From assembly GCF_032444005.1 (NCBI RefSeq), contig NC_091283.1, positions 636,678,001-636,742,000 of the forward strand: DNA of 64,000 nt, in the 5' to 3' direction. The notes below the pieces were generated by a model, which worked only from the letters and a program-made list of their open reading frames with translations, did no database searches and was not told where the DNA came from. Source of the stretch: Ranitomeya imitator. Lineage: Eukaryota. Positions 60,255 through 64,000 of the stretch are shown here, one piece after another. Both the position numbers and the translations under genes were made by a program. The stretch's first letter is position 1. Every line of letters starts with the position of its first letter.

Positions 60255-62092
60255 CATAAGTTGCTCCATACAGCCACTTGACCCATATAGTGCTGCACAA
60301 GTGTTATGGCCCCATAAGATGCTCCGTACAGTCACTTGCCCCATATAGTGCTGCACAAGTGTTATGGCCCCATAAGATGCTCCGTACAGCCACTTGCCCC
60401 ATATAGTGCTGCACAAGTGTTATGGCCCCATATAGTGCTCCGTACAGCCACTTGCCCCATAAGATGCTCCGTACAGTCACTTGCCCCATATAGTGCTGCA
60501 CAAATGTTATGGCCCCATAAGATGCTCCGTACAGTCACTTGCCCCATATAGTGCTGCACAAGCGTTATGGCCCCATAAGATGCTCCGTACAGACACTGCC
60601 CATTATAGTGCTGCACAAGCGTTATGGCCCCATAAGATGCTCCGTACAGCCACTTGCCCCTTATAGTGCTGTGCAGCGCCCCAGAGACCTGGTCGTTGCA
60701 TTAGTGTCGCTCTGCCACTAAGGGGAGTGATGGTACGTCTGATGGCACTAAAGGAGTTCACCTGACCAGGTATCACAAGCACACATTATACTTCACACTC
60801 CGGCCACTAGGGGGAGCAAAAGGTTTTATTTATTAGGTGACTCCTCACACTGGTAAAACTTTGTCCAGGCAACATCCCGTGGCAGGGGGTGTTGCGGGGA
60901 AGATTCAGAGGGGTCCCTGTCAGGCGTGGGAACCTGGCAGTGACTTAGCGACAAGGACAGATCGTTACAGAGCCGCGCCTGCACTACCTTGCGGCGGCAT
61001 CTAAAGAAAGTACGCGAAGCGAAGGATATTGTGGACAGTGAAAAACGAGATCAAGCACAAAGAAGAGCCAGTAGGAGTCGTGCCCCGAGAACGGCAACAT
61101 CCTACTGAGGCACGTAGCCGGTGACCGGAACACCGAGGAAGTAACTGACTTTATGCCTTACTTCAAATACCGCAGGGCAGTTAATTATAGGTTGGCTGTC
61201 TACCTTACATCACCTAAGCAGACATAGGGGGCAAGCGTGGAGAGGGGCGTCTCTAGGGTCCCAGAATAGTTCCGAGCCTTCCCGTCAAAACGGGTGCATC
61301 CTAGCCATAACAAACTTGGGGGACGGAGAATAGAAAGAATGAGAAAGAACGAGAACAGAAGTTGTGAGGACTATCCCGAATGCTCAGCAGGGAAGCACTA
61401 CAACACACAGGCGCTAGTGGTAGGCAACGATTTCCACCTGCAAAGGGAACTCTGGATGTGCCTTTGGACCGGCCGGTCTCAGACAGCCCTGTTGACAGTG
61501 CTCTGGATTGAGGATCCTGGAGTCACCAGTAAAGAGACTGCAAACCTGTGTCCTCGTTATTGACTGCACCTCACACCATCGCCGCCTACACCACTGGGAA
61601 GCCCTGGGGACTCACTTCACCTGTGGGAAGGAATACCATCTAGCTGCCATCACATCACCCCAGTGGACCACGAGCAGCGTCGGTCGACCTGACCGAATAC
61701 CACAGGTGGCGTCACGAAACCTTAGCCGACTTTCATCACCCCTTTTATTGAACGCCCTTTAGCAGGGTCACGGACCGGGTCCAGCCACTGTGACGACCCC
61801 AGAACTGAGACAGAGAGGACCGGTACCGAGTAACCCGCGGCCCTGCGTCTGGGGGTGCTCCAGCTGCACAAGCGTTATGGCCCCATAAGATGCTCCATAC
61901 AGTCACTTGCCCCTTATAGTGCTGCACAAGTGTTATGGCCCCATAAGATGCTCCATACAGTCACTTGCCCCTTATAGTGCTGCACAAGTGTTATGGCCCC
62001 ATAAAATGCTCCGTACAGTCACTTGCCCCATATAGTGCTGCACAAGCGTTATGGCCCCATAAGATGCTCCGTACAGCCACTTGCCCCATATG
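60255..62092. repeat. 59-bp minisatellite (two ~30-bp CCCCATA subunits), split by a solo LTR
   Basis: CCCCATATAGTGCTGCACAAGTGTTATGGCCCCATAAGATGCTCCGTACAGTCACTTGC repeated at 60255-60671 and 61863-62092. Confidence 0.9.
60672..61862 (-). mobile_element. Solo LTR (Ty3/Gypsy-like), 1191 bp
   Basis: TGCAGCGCCCCAGA...TCTGGGGGTGCTCCA termini; 4-bp TSD GCTG at 60668-60671 and 61863-61866; AATAAA on minus near 61748. Confidence 0.88.
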
Positions 62093-63269
62093 CTTTTGCT
62101 GTGATAAAAAAAAAAAAAAATCACATACTCGCCTCTCTTCGCTCGGGACCCCCGGCACTGGCAATATTTACCTGCTCCTCGTGCGGCTCTGTCTTCGGCA
62201 CTGATGTTCAGCAGAGGGCGCGCACTGACAACGTCACCGCGCCCTCTGACCTGAGCGTCACAGCCAGAGGACGCTGAAGACTGAGCCGCACTGGAACGAG
62301 GAGAGGTAAATATCGCGCAGCGCTGCGCTCCCCCTCCCCGTATACTCGCCTACTGCTGGCGCTGCGTCCGTGCTTCTTCCACCGCTGCATCTTCTTCCTG
62401 TATTAAGCAGTCACAGTTACCGCACATTACAGTAATGAATATGCGGCTCCACCTCTATGGGAGGTGGAGCCGCATATTCATTACTGTAATGAGCGGTACC
62501 ATGTGACCGCACAGTACAGGAAGAATCTGCAGCGCTGGAAGAAGCAGGGACCGCACCAGCAGTAGGTGAGTAAAATTAGCCCCCGCTCCCCCTCCCCTGC
62601 CGACCCCTGGGTATGACTCGAGTATAAGCCGAGAGGGGGACATTCAGCCCAAAAAATGGGCTGAAAATCTCGGCTTATACTTGAGTATATACGGTAATAA
62701 AAAAAAAAAACACTGTGGGTGTCTCTGTACTTTTGATAACCAGCCAGTCAAAACTGACATATGCTGGCTGCAACCCTCAACAGTCAGTATTAGCAAAACT
62801 GGTTATTAAGAATAGAGGGGTCCTACGCAGTTTTTTTTTCAATTATTTAAATAATTAAAACTGGCATAGGGTCCCCCCATTTTTGACAACCAAGCTAAAG
62901 CAGACAGCTGGGGGCTGGTATTCTCAGGCTGGTAAGGAGCCATGGATATTGCCTCCCCCCAGTCTGAAAATGGCAACCTGGACTAGCCCAGAAAAGGTCG
63001 CATCTATTTGCCAGACTCTTTCCACTTGCCCTGTGTCGGTGGCAAGTAAGGTTCATATTTGTGATGTTGATGTCACCTTTGTATTGTCCGGTGACCTTAA
63101 ACCCACAGCTTAGTAATTGAGAAGCGCCTATAAGATACTCATCCATTACTAATTCTATAGTTATACTGTAACTAAACACACAGTATAAAGTCCTTTATTT
63201 GAAATAAAAAAAGTCACTTTTATTTTTTATTTAAAAATAATAAACAATTATACTCGCCTTACGCCCAAT

Positions 63270-63912
63270 TCCACTGAAGCCTTGGTCTCCTGTAAAAAAC
63301 AAAAATAAAAAACAACCACATCCCACACCTGTCCGTCATTCTGTCCCACGCCGTAATCCACGTCTGGGGATCAAACAGTTTTCAACCTGAATGATACCAA
63401 GATGCGACCGTCCAATCTGAGAACCACTGAGGAATGAGCTGCTGCAAGCATAGCGTCAGTGACTTGCGGTGACATCATCGAGGTTACCGCAGGCCACTGA
63501 AGCTGCATTCCCTGCTAGGCCCCTGAACTTCGTTGATCTCAGTGAGACCCCACTAGCACAGAAAGAAAAGGTCTCACGGTGCGGCGGTGAGTTCCCCCTG
63601 TGAAAACGTTCCACCGTGAGACGTTTTCTCAATGTGCTAGCAGGAATTTCACTGAGTTCACCATAGTTCAGGAGCCCGTCTGTGAACACAGCCTCAGTAA
63701 CCTGGATATCACCACTAGTTACTGAGGTTGCAGCTCATTCTTCAATGGTGTTCAGTTTGGACGGTTGCATCTTGCTACCGCCAAGGTTGAAAACTGTTTT
63801 ATCTCCAGACATGGATGCCGGCTTGGGACAGAACGACGGACAGGTGAAGGGATATGGTTGTTTTTTATTTTGTTTTGTTTTTTTTACAGGAGATCATGGC
63901 CTCAATGGAATG
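63270..63912. repeat. Imperfect long inverted repeat, probably part of a foldback/MITE-like element
   Basis: Arms 63270-63445 and 63730-63912 (for example AAACAGTTTTCAACC vs GGTTGAAAACTGTTT, GAATGAGCTGC vs GCAGCTCATTC). Confidence 0.65.
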
Positions 63913-63929
63913 TCATTAGGCAACTATAA

Positions 63930-64000
63930 GGGTAAGTTCACACTGGACGTTTTTGCTGCGTATTTTTACTTCATCTTTTATGTTAATTTTCAGCTGCTTT
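63930..64000. mobile_element. Left end of another Harbinger-like MITE (runs off the window)
   Basis: TAA followed by GGGTAAGTTCACACTGGACG. Confidence 0.6.

Larger units (their letters stand above)
59955..62694. mobile_element. Tigger/pogo-like non-autonomous DNA element with internal minisatellite
   Basis: TA flanks; TIR CCGTATATACTCGAGTATAAGCCGA / TCGGCTTATACTTGAGTATATACGG. Confidence 0.88.

Noticed and set aside
60255-62092. Regularly spaced ~30/59-bp repeats resembling a CRISPR array
   Set aside because: There are no unique spacers and no cas genes; it is a minisatellite inside a TA-flanked DNA element in a eukaryotic context.

Overview
Eukaryotic, repeat-saturated window. It is most likely anuran (frog) genomic DNA, inferred from the TE families present; the species cannot be fixed from sequence alone. 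No host protein-coding gene, rRNA, tRNA or CRISPR array could be supported. The window is a nest of mobile elements. Retroelements: a DIRS-type tyrosine-recombinase retrotransposon (1-5098, minus); four L1-clade LINEs, one full-length L1 nested in another with a 17-bp TSD and one nearly intact L1 at 31673-38896; a possible ORF1-only L1 derivative; several Penelope-like element (PLE) fragments; two Ty3/Gypsy-type LTRs; two L2-type 3' ends. DNA elements: an IR/DR Tc1 element with an uninterrupted 345-aa DD34E transposase; a decayed Tc1; a decayed piggyBac transposase; two inverted copies of a 4.7-kb TTAA-flanked non-autonomous piggyBac-like element carrying ~390-bp tandem repeats and a telomere-like array; many palindromic Harbinger-like MITEs; a Tigger/pogo-like MITE. 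There are two assembly gaps. The most interesting signals are (i) hammerhead-ribozyme-fold motifs in PLE terminal repeats, two of which keep all three stems yet share a U at the normally invariant A6 core position, (ii) the intact Tc1 transposase whose left end has been split by a 2.1-kb insertion, (iii) a transposon-borne TTAGGG-like array, and (iv) a CpG-rich promoter-like island near 58.6-59.1 kb, the only clearly host-like regulatory sequence. Coordinates were counted by hand and may be off by a few bases.
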